From Harriotta raleighana (taxonomy: Eukaryota), in the NCBI GenBank assembly GCA_050575255.1, contig JBNZDD010013657.1, positions 3,839,947 through 3,903,946 of the forward strand: a stretch of 64,000 nucleotides of DNA, written 5' to 3'. Made by a program: the position numbers and the translations under genes. Positions 35,601-56,551 of the stretch are shown piece after piece. A model generated the notes under the pieces. That model was given only the letters and a program-made list of their open reading frames with translations. It did no database searches and was not told the DNA's origin. Numbering within the stretch: position 1 is the first letter of the stretch; each line of letters opens with the position of its first letter.

Positions 35601-37088
35601 GGTGACCCACCTACCTGCCAAATAATTCATGAGTTTCTGGGGTACTACAAGGTGGGATGAGCGTCTCCAGCTTCACAGGTAACTCACACTTGTGGATTCC
35701 CATTTCAGAATCTGTACGGAACACACCGAGCAGTGACATGTCGCCAGCTCCGAGCTCCCAGATTCACACTGCAGAACATACGGAGCCTGACATCCCACCC
35801 GTGTCCTACATGCCGACCTCCCAGGAGGAAGAGTCTAACCGCAATGTTCCCACAGCTCACGTGCGCCCGTCCCATGCACTGAAAAGCTTTGCAGTGCCCG
35901 CCATCCCGCCCGCCAACAACAGCACCAGCTACGAAACTGCATCATCCAGTACCCCATTATTATCCCAGCCAGGTCAGTGCCCTTTCACCACAAAGAGTGG
36001 ATCCTTGCCTTTCATTGTAACTCAATCTATGCACTTTCAGTACTGAGTGAACAAGACACACATTAGGCAACAGAAAGCAGAAGAATCACGGATACGATCT
36101 CTGAACTAAACTCGGAGACAAATGTCTAATGTGGTGACTGGAGCTTTCGTGGTCAGGGGGTAGATCAGGGCTGTTGGAGGAAAAGGATGGGGAGTGGAGG
36201 GCTGGTTTCTGACCGTCCTGGCTGCAGGATGATCCAACATTGGGACAAAGATAGAAAAACTTGCACTGGCCCTTCATATGCTCCTCTCCCTTTTTGGAAT
36301 CTTCTCTTATTTCCTGGCTTCCTCATCAGGTTGCAAACTATAATCTCCTTTGGAAACCCAGTTGCACATACACTTTGCTGCCTGCCAGGGTGAATGTTTG
36401 ACTCAGACTGAGTGTGGTTTAAATCTATTGACTCTGTTTGTGTTGCAGGAGGAAACCCTCAGGTGCACTCGGTGAAGACGGCATCAATAGGAACTCTGGG
36501 GAGGAGCAGGTCACCCATGCCAGTCACAGTGCCTAACGCACCCGACGTGGCAGAATCTGCTAAGATGCTGGATGACTCTGACAGTGTAAGTTACGCACAT
36601 TCAAAATACTTGCTTTCAGTATTAACAAAACCGCTTCCAGTATTAACTAAACCATTTCAAGCTGTTCTCTTTCCCTCCCCTCCTCCTCACTGCCCCTCTT
36701 CATCATTCATATGGACACTGTCCAACATTCCCACTGTCCCTTGCTTCCCTCTCTATGACTATTGATTAATGAACGAACTCTCCCAGATACAGCCTTTCAG
36801 CCCATTAAAATCAGTGCTGGTGATTTTGGCCACCTGCTATCATCTCTGGTGTAATCTCACTCCCCTGCTCCTGTGTCTTTAATAGTACTCTTTTTCAAAC
36901 ATTTCATTTCTGGCTAGAATTCTTGGCAAGTAATTGTCCTTTCTTGATTACACATCCTCCCCATCCCCGAGTATTCCAGTCAATAACCACGTGTCTCTTT
37001 GCAGAATTATGGACCAGATGAACTGACTGAAGAGATGACTCACCTCAAAGGTTTAATGAAGGATCTGAATACCATTACCACAGCCTAA
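5721..37088 (+). CDS. NEO1: Neogenin (DCC-family netrin/RGM receptor), spliced gene, exons 3-29; 5' end outside the window
   Basis: 27 phase-compatible GT-AG exons encoding Ig2-Ig4, FN3 x6, TM ([24 protein letters not shown]), P1 ([10 protein letters not shown]), P2 ([14 protein letters not shown]) and P3 ([11 protein letters not shown]). Exon sizes match the human NEO1 structure as I recall it. Confidence 0.98.
6448..6598 (+). CDS. NEO1: NEO1 exon 4 (Ig3, N-terminal half)
   Basis: cctgcag|..AG|gttt, [13 protein letters not shown]...[16 protein letters not shown]. Confidence 0.93.
6921..7600 (-). mobile_element. L2-type LINE 3' fragment
   Basis: Minus-strand [24 protein letters not shown] resembles the L2 ORF2 C-terminus; 3' tail shared with the SINEs. 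Confidence 0.85.
8420..8780 (+). mobile_element. L2-type LINE 3' fragment
   Basis: Reverse complement of the 6921-7600 family, ending ...caaatgtaattttattattgttg. Confidence 0.75.
10823..11215. mobile_element. Tc1/mariner-pogo (Tigger-like) MITE
   Basis: TA|CAGTAAAACCTTGTTTATCTG ... CGGATGAACGAGGTTTTACTG|TA: imperfect ~21-bp TIRs, TA target duplication. Confidence 0.85.
11750..11892 (+). CDS. NEO1: NEO1 exon 5 (Ig3, C-terminal half)
   Basis: aaacag|T..G|gtacc, [21 protein letters not shown]. Confidence 0.93.
13792..13946 (+). CDS. NEO1: NEO1 exon 6 (Ig4)
   Basis: 155 bp, [42 protein letters not shown]|gtaagt. Confidence 0.96.
16010..16130 (+). CDS. NEO1: NEO1 exon 7 (Ig4)
   Basis: 121 bp, [25 protein letters not shown]...LEH|gtaagt. 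Confidence 0.96.
17629..17845 (+). CDS. NEO1: NEO1 exon 8 (Ig4-FN1 linker plus FN1), alternative acceptors at 17629 and 17689
   Basis: [36 protein letters not shown]...INR|gtgag; two in-frame AG sites 60 nt apart. Confidence 0.92.
17957..18355 (+). mobile_element. tRNA-derived Deu SINE, composite
   Basis: tRNA-like head with B-box GGTTCGATTCC, Deu core near 18195, caaggat..tattat tail. Confidence 0.75.
19857..20011 (+). CDS. NEO1: NEO1 exon 9 (FN1)
   Basis: 155 bp, ERVENTT...YVFRVVAHN...ATQPE. Confidence 0.95.
20407..20555 (+). CDS. NEO1: NEO1 exon 10 (FN2)
   Basis: 149 bp, [10 protein letters not shown]...WETPLSGNG...YKLYY. Confidence 0.95.
21166..21304 (+). CDS. NEO1: NEO1 exon 11 (FN2)
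   Basis: 139 bp, [26 protein letters not shown]. Confidence 0.95.
21312..21450 (+). repeat. ~30-bp GT-rich minisatellite immediately after the exon 11 donor
   Basis: (GTGTGTGTGGGGGCAGTGGGTGAGTGGT)n, about 4.5 degenerate copies. Confidence 0.85.
22213..22262 (+). CDS. NEO1: NEO1 exon 12, copy 1 (identical copy at 23372-23421)
   Basis: 50 bp, [17 protein letters not shown]|gtaagt. Confidence 0.9.
22473..22850 (-). mobile_element. Composite SINE with duplicated Deu-like core and (TTGA)n L2-type tail
   Basis: Reverse complement of the element at 34911-35220. Confidence 0.75.
23372..23421 (+). CDS. NEO1: NEO1 exon 12, copy 2 (within the duplicated block, probably an artefact)
   Basis: Identical to 22213-22262, offset 1159 bp, after the N at 23233. 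Confidence 0.7.
24310..24451 (+). CDS. NEO1: NEO1 exon 13 (FN3); truncated duplicate at 23151-23232
   Basis: 142 bp, [27 protein letters not shown]...IID|gtgag. Confidence 0.94.
25800..25910 (+). CDS. NEO1: NEO1 exon 14 (FN3)
   Basis: 111 bp, [12 protein letters not shown]...AETFESDLD. Confidence 0.95.
25993..26187 (+). CDS. NEO1: NEO1 exon 15 (FN4)
   Basis: 195 bp, [13 protein letters not shown]...[12 protein letters not shown]; follows an 82-bp intron. Confidence 0.96.
26574..26669 (+). CDS. NEO1: NEO1 exon 16 (FN4)
   Basis: 96 bp, [26 protein letters not shown]. Confidence 0.96.
27402..28199. mobile_element. Non-autonomous DNA transposon (Tigger/pogo-like), CpG-rich
   Basis: TA|CACTTAACCCTCATC ... 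GACGAGGGTTAACTG|TA TIRs; internal direct repeats CCGACTAAA.CC.ATGATT.CTCGGCTGGCTGG. Confidence 0.8.
28573..28796 (+). CDS. NEO1: NEO1 exon 17 (FN4-FN5 linker plus FN5), alternative acceptors at 28573 and 28621
   Basis: [31 protein letters not shown]...YTVRWKT...KFK|gtca. Confidence 0.92.
29007..29145 (+). CDS. NEO1: NEO1 exon 18 (FN5)
   Basis: 139 bp, [32 protein letters not shown]. Confidence 0.96.
29484..29591 (+). CDS. NEO1: NEO1 exon 19 (FN6)
   Basis: 108 bp, [18 protein letters not shown]...WQPPSEANG. Confidence 0.96.
29770..29964 (+). CDS. NEO1: NEO1 exon 20 (FN6)
   Basis: 195 bp, GYIIYYSTD...[15 protein letters not shown]...FRTPK. Confidence 0.96.
30683..30715 (+). CDS. NEO1: NEO1 exon 21 (33-nt microexon)
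   Basis: ctgttag|..G|gtaac, [11 protein letters not shown], matching human ADSSDKMPNDQ. Confidence 0.9.
30991..31352 (+). mobile_element. tRNA(Ala)-derived Deu SINE
   Basis: Head with CTCGC-CTCGCAA-GCGAG anticodon arm, Deu core and a doubled tail. Confidence 0.85.
31739..31813 (+). CDS. NEO1: NEO1 exon 22 (juxtamembrane, divergent)
   Basis: gtccag|..G|gtaat, 75 bp phase 1-1, [25 protein letters not shown]; position fits but similarity is weak. Confidence 0.72.
32287..32434 (+). CDS. NEO1: NEO1 exon 23 (transmembrane)
   Basis: 148 bp, [25 protein letters not shown]...CTRRT. Confidence 0.96.
32530..32768 (+). CDS. NEO1: NEO1 exon 24 (P1 motif)
   Basis: 239 bp, KRAACKS...[16 protein letters not shown]...RRNSY. 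Confidence 0.96.
33329..33418 (+). CDS. NEO1: NEO1 exon 25
   Basis: 90 bp, [23 protein letters not shown]. Confidence 0.94.
34040..34195 (+). CDS. NEO1: NEO1 exon 26 (His-rich cassette exon)
   Basis: 156 bp phase 1-1, [20 protein letters not shown]...RSYLHHQ. Confidence 0.94.
34911..35220 (+). mobile_element. Composite SINE with L2-type (TTGA)n tail
   Basis: Deu core, C-rich spacer, ...GGGACGTCCTCCCGATGTGAAAGG...TTGATTGATTG. Confidence 0.75.
35709..35972 (+). CDS. NEO1: NEO1 exon 27 (P2 motif, WIRS-type LKSF)
   Basis: 264 bp, ESVRNTPS...[21 protein letters not shown]...STPLLSQ. Confidence 0.95.
36449..36585 (+). CDS. NEO1: NEO1 exon 28
   Basis: 137 bp, [23 protein letters not shown]. Confidence 0.95.
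37005..37088 (+). CDS. NEO1: NEO1 exon 29 (P3 motif and stop)
   Basis: [30 protein letters not shown] at 37086-37088. Confidence 0.95.
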   Translation, partial: NYGPDELTEEMTHLKGLMKDLNTITTA

Positions 37089-38846
37089 AGGAACCAGTAT
37101 CATCATGTGTTTCACACACTGAGACCTGAGCTGGTCAGCAAGGAATATGTACAAAAGACACCCAGGGGGTCAGATGCAACATAATGTGATGTGTAAAGTC
37201 TCGTGGAAACTGCCTTTGTCACGACTGTGGATATCAAACCATCCAATCATCGCCATGGAATCTGAGCCTCGGCTCTGAAAGACTTCTGCTTGTTTGGGAA
37301 GGTACCACACAGGCGTACGTACACTGTTCAGCATTCAATTATCGTCTATCTATTTACTGCGTGTTTACGTTTTCTGGTGTTACTTATAAAAGAATGTTGG
37401 AGTTTTACTTTCGTATCCAGATGTGATATTTGACTGCTTCATTGTAGCTAGCGTGAGACGTACATCAACAGATCACAGAGCCATCTCGCCTTCTCTGCAT
37501 CTCACAGTGAGTGCTGCGGCACAAACTATACTCTGCAGCCCAATCACCTGCCAATTGCCTGTATTCGTTCATCACTGTGATCTCTTACTAAACTTCAGAA
37601 TATTCCTGTTTGGACGTGACAAGTCAGCTGTTAAGCACAATTATGGAGGAGGAATGGCAAGATCGGTAACTACCAGACACTCAGCGTGACTCACTCACAT
37701 GGAGTTAAACCAATGTGTGCAGCAGTAGGTATTTTATATGAAGAAAATTCTCTACATGTTCTATCGAAAAATTGTTTAGCCATAAGAAAACAAGTCAAAC
37801 TATAGAAAGGGTTCAGATCACTGGACTCTCTTTGAACCCAGTAAATGGGTTCTGAATTTCATCCCTTGTTTAAACCATGTAGTGTTGGCTCCAATTACTG
37901 GAACCGTTTCCCCTCTCCCGACTTTGTTGTAATTGCTTCTACCGTCTTGGTTTTACTTTGTTTGTGAATATTGCTTCTTATGTACATCTCCATGAATGTT
38001 AATATAACTGTTTTAAGGAAATTTATTGTAATGAATACAATTGAACAAAGCTATTGTGAAGATTTAGAAATCATCTCCATTGTAGGCAGTGACATCTGTT
38101 TTGCACTTTTTCACCTTTTACAAAGAACCATTTTCTTACTGCCTGTGTTAACTTCTTGTGTATCGTTGTGTCCTCGTTAGCAAAGCAGCTTTTTATTCCC
38201 AGAAAGGTGAAGGTGCAAACTGTTTATTAATCCTGATGTAGAAACAATGCAAATTGCTGTAGTTTATATACCGAGAACCTTGCTTGTAGCATACTCTGTG
38301 GCTTTTTTTTTAAAACTTCATGTTCTAATGTAATATTGGAATTCCAATACATTTTGTATTCAACCAGTAGGAGTGTGAATTTAGAGTTTGTTGTGTGCTG
38401 TAGCAAATTCCCTAACTCCTTCACTAGCAAATTCTTTTCAGCCAATTCTGGTTATTTCACCTCAAGAATGTCTCAAGTGATGAGTGAAATTGAGGCTAAA
38501 CTCAAGTAGTAAACCTCAACCAAACAAAGGATCCTTTGAGATGGTGAGAACCTTGTGGAGGAACTGACAGTGGCTTTTTGAAGCCATCACTGAGGCAGAA
38601 CTAAGAAATATTCCATGTACAATACTGTAAGTTTCCTTTCTGGATACTGATTATTAATAATTGCTCTGAACATTAGTTTAGGTACTCCAGTTAAAGCAGC
38701 TCCTGTGTTATTTGTAACCTAAATATTAGTTACAAAAACCGAATCATCCTGCTGCTGCCCATTACAGATCACTGGCCCCAGATATTGTGGACAAGTAACA
38801 GGAACAGTTGCAATAATTTTACTCATACTAAATCTACTCATGGTGT

Positions 38847-38852
38847 TTTATT
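38847..38852 (-). terminator. Candidate BBS4 polyadenylation signal AATAAA
   Basis: TTTATT on +, about 230 nt downstream of the BBS4 stop; further copies at 38223, 38192 and 38022. Confidence 0.5.
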
Positions 38853-39079
38853 TATAGATGTTCACTAACAACAAGTTAAGAAACCAAAACGCCTATCATG
38901 ATTTGAAACTTTAACTATTTTAGGTTGTGAAAGCCTCGCAAAGCAAGACAATGTATTAGGTGTGTACTTTGCCTAATGTACAAGTGAGGATACAGCCAAG
39001 GCAGTTGTGATATTTTTCTTCTCTGAAAATTGATTCTAAGGATCCAGATAGCAGTAGTTTGGACTTGGCTTCGCCCTGT

Positions 39080-50918
<11,839 letters not shown>

Positions 50919-52219
50919 TTTCTCTTGGATTAGATGTCAGTCGTTCAAGCAACTCTGAGCAGGAAAGATCAGCAGCCTCTTGGCGAACACTGTCCTGAAA
51001 GAAGTTTGGATGATCTCAGCAATGCATTCAGAAGTTGCTGCAGTCTGTTTAATTAGCTAAGACATTCAACAAATAATTTACTAATATTAAGCTTTTGAAA
51101 TGTTATATTTAATCTCTTTAAACAGTAAAAACTTTTATTTATATATCATCATTTAAGCGCTTTGGGACATCGATAAGATGTGGAAAGCGCTGTATAAATC
51201 TAAGTATTATTATTATCTTTGTTCTACTTTGTTTCTGTGTTAAAGGCATTGATTAATAATAAAAACACAACTAGAATATAAAAGAATATTAATATGATTA
51301 TATGAAAATTCTTTACATTAGATATTTTAAGCGCTTTGAGACATCAATAAGATGTGGAAAGAGCTATATAAATGTAAGGATTATTATTATTGTCAAAGCA
51401 TCTCAATCATTGATTATGATTATTTGTGGCTAATCACGGCAGCCATTTTGTACACAGAAAGGTCCCACAAATAAACATAAAACGAAAATTAACTGGTTAA
51501 ACTCCAACAACGCACATTCTGGGGTCCCAAGCTTTGGGTCTTACCAACCTGTCCTTAATATTCTCCAGAATTAGATATGCAGGGTGCATCTCCACAGGGA
51601 AATAATATGTAGCCCATTTCAGATAGGGAAATTTATTTGTATAGGTGGCATTCATGTGTGGAACTCTTGTCAAGTTTGGATGAGATGTGTGCATGTGATA
51701 TATGCATTTCTGTATGTTAGCCACTCAGAAACCATGAGATCTTTACAGGAAAGCCAGCATCAGGCAGTAGTACTGCATTGTAAGGAATTATTGGGGCAAT
51801 ATTCAATTCTAGGTAGGTCAGTTTGGTCACAAAAAATATTGTATTCGATATTATCGGATCTTTCAGGTCTGGTGGATATCTCGAAACTTGTCAAGGGATA
51901 TACCGTCCTGTAAAGTGTCGTGACTATTCTGCATACAAACTAAGCTTACATCCCGACAAAAGGGCAGAACCCAGAACCTTCTGAATCAGATGGTAAGAGA
52001 CCAACTATCAGGTACGTCAAACAGACTGACCATGCAATAAAATTCGCATTTATACAGGGCCTTTCACATCAGGGGACGCCTCAACTGCTTTACTACTGCT
52101 TTGTTGTTTTCTTAAAAAAAGGAATGGACACGTTAAAATAAACACGGGTTTTGACAGATATTGATAGGTCACTGATTGTAACTAGGCTGTTATAAGTGGA
52201 ATATATTGAGTTTAATGGA

Positions 52220-52700
52220 GAACTAATGGCGGCTGCAAACATGCATCACATCTCAGTTCTGCGCATGCTCTGATCCGCTGTCTCCCGCTCGCCCCCGTTG
52301 CTATTGGCAACCGGTCAACCTCCACACGCCAGCGCCTCTTTAAATCACCTGCCGCCACGAGTCAAACAGCTCGGAGAGTCGCCTACGCCAGCGACTACGC
52401 TCGGAGAGTCGCGTCTGCTTTGTTCGAGAGGAGAGGTAAAACCTGGGCCTCACGGCGGCGGCGGCAGCGCCCACCCCGGACAGAGCCGCCGCTCTCCTCC
52501 TCCGCCGGAGTCAGTCAGTCCACACCGACTTACACATTAAGTCCACATTACACTCCAACCACTGCGCAGGCAGCGCATGCGCACAACCTGGTGCCGACAC
52601 GTTGGGAGTGACGTCAACACGCCCTAGCCACGTGTTACTGCCCTGCCCGACACCGGCAACAATCAGAGCTTCACAGAGAGGGAGAGCAGGTGGTGTCCAG
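52220..52700 (-). promoter_or_regulatory. CpG-island promoter of BBS4
   Basis: CpG-dense block with X-box GTTGCTATTGGCAAC (52297-52311), NRF1-type GCGCATGCGC (52573-52582), CRE TGACGTCA (52609-52616) and YY1-like ATGGCGGC (~52226). Confidence 0.8.
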
Positions 52701-53100
52701 CCCCTCCCACACCCTCCCCCCCACCCCCTCCCCCCAGGGCATCCAACGTCTAATAACCAAGTCCAGAATCCCAACAGGGCAGTGGGATCAACTTTCCATT
52801 TCTCTTCGCTGCTGATGGGATGAGCAGGCGACTGCCAGGATGGTGGACGGCAACCTGGATGGACCTTGGTCCTTTGGTCTAGCAATTCTTCTGAAAACAT
52901 TCGTTGAAAACCCGAGCTCTCCCCACCCCGTCTTGTGAAGCTCTCTGCGGCATTCTGCTTAAGTGGAAGGCGCTTTGCCATAATCAGTAATAAATCCTTG
53001 CATATGATATACTGCCTTATGTCGTTGAGACAGGTTACTTCACAGTAGTGGATTGACTTGTGTGTGTTAAGGATGCTATGCTGTACTGCATAAGTGTCAT

Positions 53101-53557
53101 TTGGTTTTGAAATGTCTGGTTTTGAATTTTTAAAAAAAAAACTTATTTTGGATGCTTTCAAATTATGCTTCGCTAATCAGATCTGCCAACAGCCATATAT
53201 CACTACATAACCTAAATCAAATGCACTTTCCTTAATGTTTAATCTGCATCATTCTAATAGGTTACCAAAGTTTGGATGGGATGTCAACTGAAACCCTGTT
53301 TGGTTATTTGTGAGTTAAAAGCTTACACAGTTTGAAGAGTTGGAATTTCACATGGTATTTCTATCCACTATTTATTTATCCCCAAATAATCTTGCTGTTT
53401 GTAAGATGTCGGTCGGTTGGTTTTGAAATACCTCGTTTTGAATTTTTTAAAAAACAACTTATTTTGGATGCTTTCAAATTATGCTTTGCTGATCAGATCT
53501 GCCAACAACCATATATCACTACATAACCTAAATCAAATGCACTTTCTTTAATGTTTG
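53101..53557 (+). repeat. ~140-bp diverged direct repeat (53101-53240 and 53417-53557)
   Basis: Both copies contain CTTATTTTGGATGCTTTCAAATTATGCTT...CATATATCACTACATAACCTAAATCAAATGCACTTTC, with scattered mismatches. Confidence 0.85.
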
Positions 53558-56466
53558 ATGGCAACTTCACCCAAAAGGAGTGCTTTCCCAACTTTGTTTG
53601 ATAAGAAACTTGAATTCAGTAAAATTAGAAAACATGGTTCCTTATTTGTCAAAAGGGCATATATTGAGTTTAAAAATTTCAGTGTTTGGTGCAATTTTGT
53701 ATGTGGGTAACTAGAGTATTTTGTAGGCCTAACCACTCATTCAGCGCTTTGCGACGTGAAAGGCGCTATAATTTTTGTTGTTGTTAGCCCTAATATTTAC
53801 GGTATATAATTGTTCCATAACTGTTCTGACCTGGACTGTTTGAGAATACATTGAGGCAGAACTAAATGGATTTGTTTTGGTCACAAAAATCCCCAAATGC
53901 AAATCAAAAAATAATTCTTCCAGTATGTTTGTCCCAGAACAAGCTGAAGGATATTTTTTAAGAAAACAATTCCACAGAAACAGACAACCTCTGAGGTCAA
54001 GACATTTGTGCCAATTCCAGGGGACTGGAAAGTGGTTATAATTTTATGGTATTAATATAAATGTCCAAGGGGAGCCTAAACTAACTCATCTGTTACATTG
54101 AGAGGCAACTACACGAAGAAGCCAGGAAAAACGGGTTTAAAAAGTCAGTGATTTCATCTGCATTAACATACTAAACCAGGGATTCAACTGGTTACTGACT
54201 CATTGCTTGAAGATCCTTCAAATAGCAGCAATGTGCATCACGTATGCATACAAGGGACACTGCACACCTATCTAGTGTTAGAATCAATGCACAAAAGTGG
54301 CTTTAAGGGTGTGAGTGTATGTGGTGGGCCTTGGGCTTGCAAGGTTCCTGTCCGAGGAACTAACCAGATTGTCTGATTCCAGCTGTGCACTTTTGTCCTG
54401 TTTTGTTGTAATGCCTCATGTTTTTTCTCTTCCTCCCCCTCTTACTGAGTAATATTAGGCACCTCCAACTTCAAATAAAGAACTACAATAAGCTGTCTGC
54501 TAACTCAACCAATTTTGTAGCCGAATGATTATGTTTCTTGGCTGCTACTGAGACTTTGCTAAGGTACTAGTCATTTTCTTGGCTGATGTGTTAATTGGAA
54601 CACAACATAGAAATACACTTTGCCATGTGGGAGGGCAGGGTGAGATGAGGGAAGGTTGGAATTCAGCACTGGAGATTGCATTCTCTGAGAGCATTGATGA
54701 CAGCAAGTTCTGAGGATACCAGGGAACAAAGATTTCCACTCCCCCAACCTCACTGGATGGGTGCACGGTACTAAGAGCTCCAGACCTTACTCTTTGCTTA
54801 TACAGTAGTAGGATGTGTGAAGGGGAGAAGGAAGTTGAATGCTGCAATAATTTTTCAAAAAATCCACCATCTTTAAAACCAGTTTTACTACTTTGCAAAT
54901 CATGTCCAGCAGGTAATGCACATTAGCTGTGATTTGACGCATTGGTTCACCAACACACGCAGCAACGTCCGTGGTGTTTTAAGCACTGCACTCGACCCCC
55001 ACCCACCCCCCATGTATTGGAAACCACGCCAGGGGTTACCCAAATTAAACCTTTATCATCAGTAAATGCTTTACAATGGTGTAAGTTTGCATGGATTCAT
55101 CCATAACAGCTACAAATCTTATGAGAATTTGACAATACATTGTCCCAGTGCAACAAAAAGAAAATAAACCCAAATAAAAATCATTCCACAGCAATAAGAA
55201 TGGGGCCAAGGATCCCAGCCACAGATCTTATCAACATTCCTCTCTTTGGTTTATACAACCAATTAAATGGCAAAGTAGGACAATACTACAAACCATTGCT
55301 TGCAGCCTGGGTTTGGTTGCTAGTCTAGAACACAGCAGTCTGACTGCACTCACAGCAACAATCCTTCAAGCCTACTTTCAAACGCAGGGACAGCAACATA
55401 CAGGCAGAGCACAGCAGCGGATATAAGCGGGTAAGGGGTGGGAAAGGAGGAAAGAGAAGCCAGGTGCTGTCTTCCTTTGAATACTAAATATCGGTACTCG
55501 CTCTAATTTCCGACAAAATCTGTACAATTTTAGGGGGTATTTTACAGCACACAGAAATGAAAAGCGGTGAGCGTTCTTCCTTAGAAAGCAGAGCGAGAGA
55601 TGTTAGTACGAGGAGTGCAGCCGGGTTCAAAAGCAGCAATGAAATGGGAGCAGAAGTGGGGGGATGGGGGGGAAGGGCCGAGGGAGGTTCACTTCAGGGA
55701 AACCCATCACCATCACAGACTCAGCTCACGTCAAAGATACAGCTAGTACTGTAGAGAAGTACAAGTTACAGGTGGGGGGAGGGGGGAGAGGAGGAAGAGG
55801 ATGGGGAGCAAAAAGAAAGAGGCAAAGATAAATCCACATTCTACTAACAATGCTGAGGCCAAAGATTAGCGAAACTAAAGAAAACTGCACAGCAAATATA
55901 CATATTCTTGAAGGTTTTTAAAGAATAAATATTTTGTAATTAAACATTATGCAAACACGTGCTCGCTTGTTCTTGCTCAACCATGCAGATGTGCTATATA
56001 CAATTTGAAAAATACTGTGTCCTCCTTTAAGTCATGTACAAAGATTTCCCCCAGAGCGCTGCGTTACTTTAAGCCAATTAACAGTCACAAAACAGGGAAC
56101 CTGCATACAATGTGTGTCTGGCTGGAGAGGAATGCCAGGTCAAAACAGTTTCAGTCCAATTACTACACACAGAGAAATGAACAAATGAAAGGAAACAGAA
56201 AATGGTTCAGCTCTCAGAATGTAGCTACATTACAGATTAAAGTTGGAGGGTTTAGTGTGTCAACATACCCTTCATCCACTTACAATACTGTTGTACATTT
56301 TGTGGTTTTTATCTACTTTTTTTTATTACAATATAATTTACTTAAACTTTCCATTAACAAAAAGTAGGGTAGAACTCCAGCAGTATCTGCAAGGGCCTGT
56401 GCCGCCCACTTTATTTGCATCAGCACTCTGTGGCTAACGAGTTGACAGTTCATTGTAAGATGATCC

Positions 56467-56551
56467 TCAGTCCTCGATGTACTCCCAAAGGTCTTTCTCA
56501 TAACCTTCATGCACATGCTGTAGCAAAACCTTCCTCCGGCTCTCACAGTAT
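56467..56551 (-). CDS. ARIH1: ARIH1 last coding exon
   Basis: 85 bp ending [11 protein letters not shown]. Confidence 0.97.

Noticed and set aside
5721-37088. Calling the gene DCC instead of NEO1
   Set aside because: The C-terminus LMKDLN.ITTA*, TM region, microexon and linkage to BBS4/ARIH1 all fit neogenin
52511-53161. 216-aa ORF upstream of BBS4
   Set aside because: No recognisable protein features; it spans GC-rich promoter and repeat sequence
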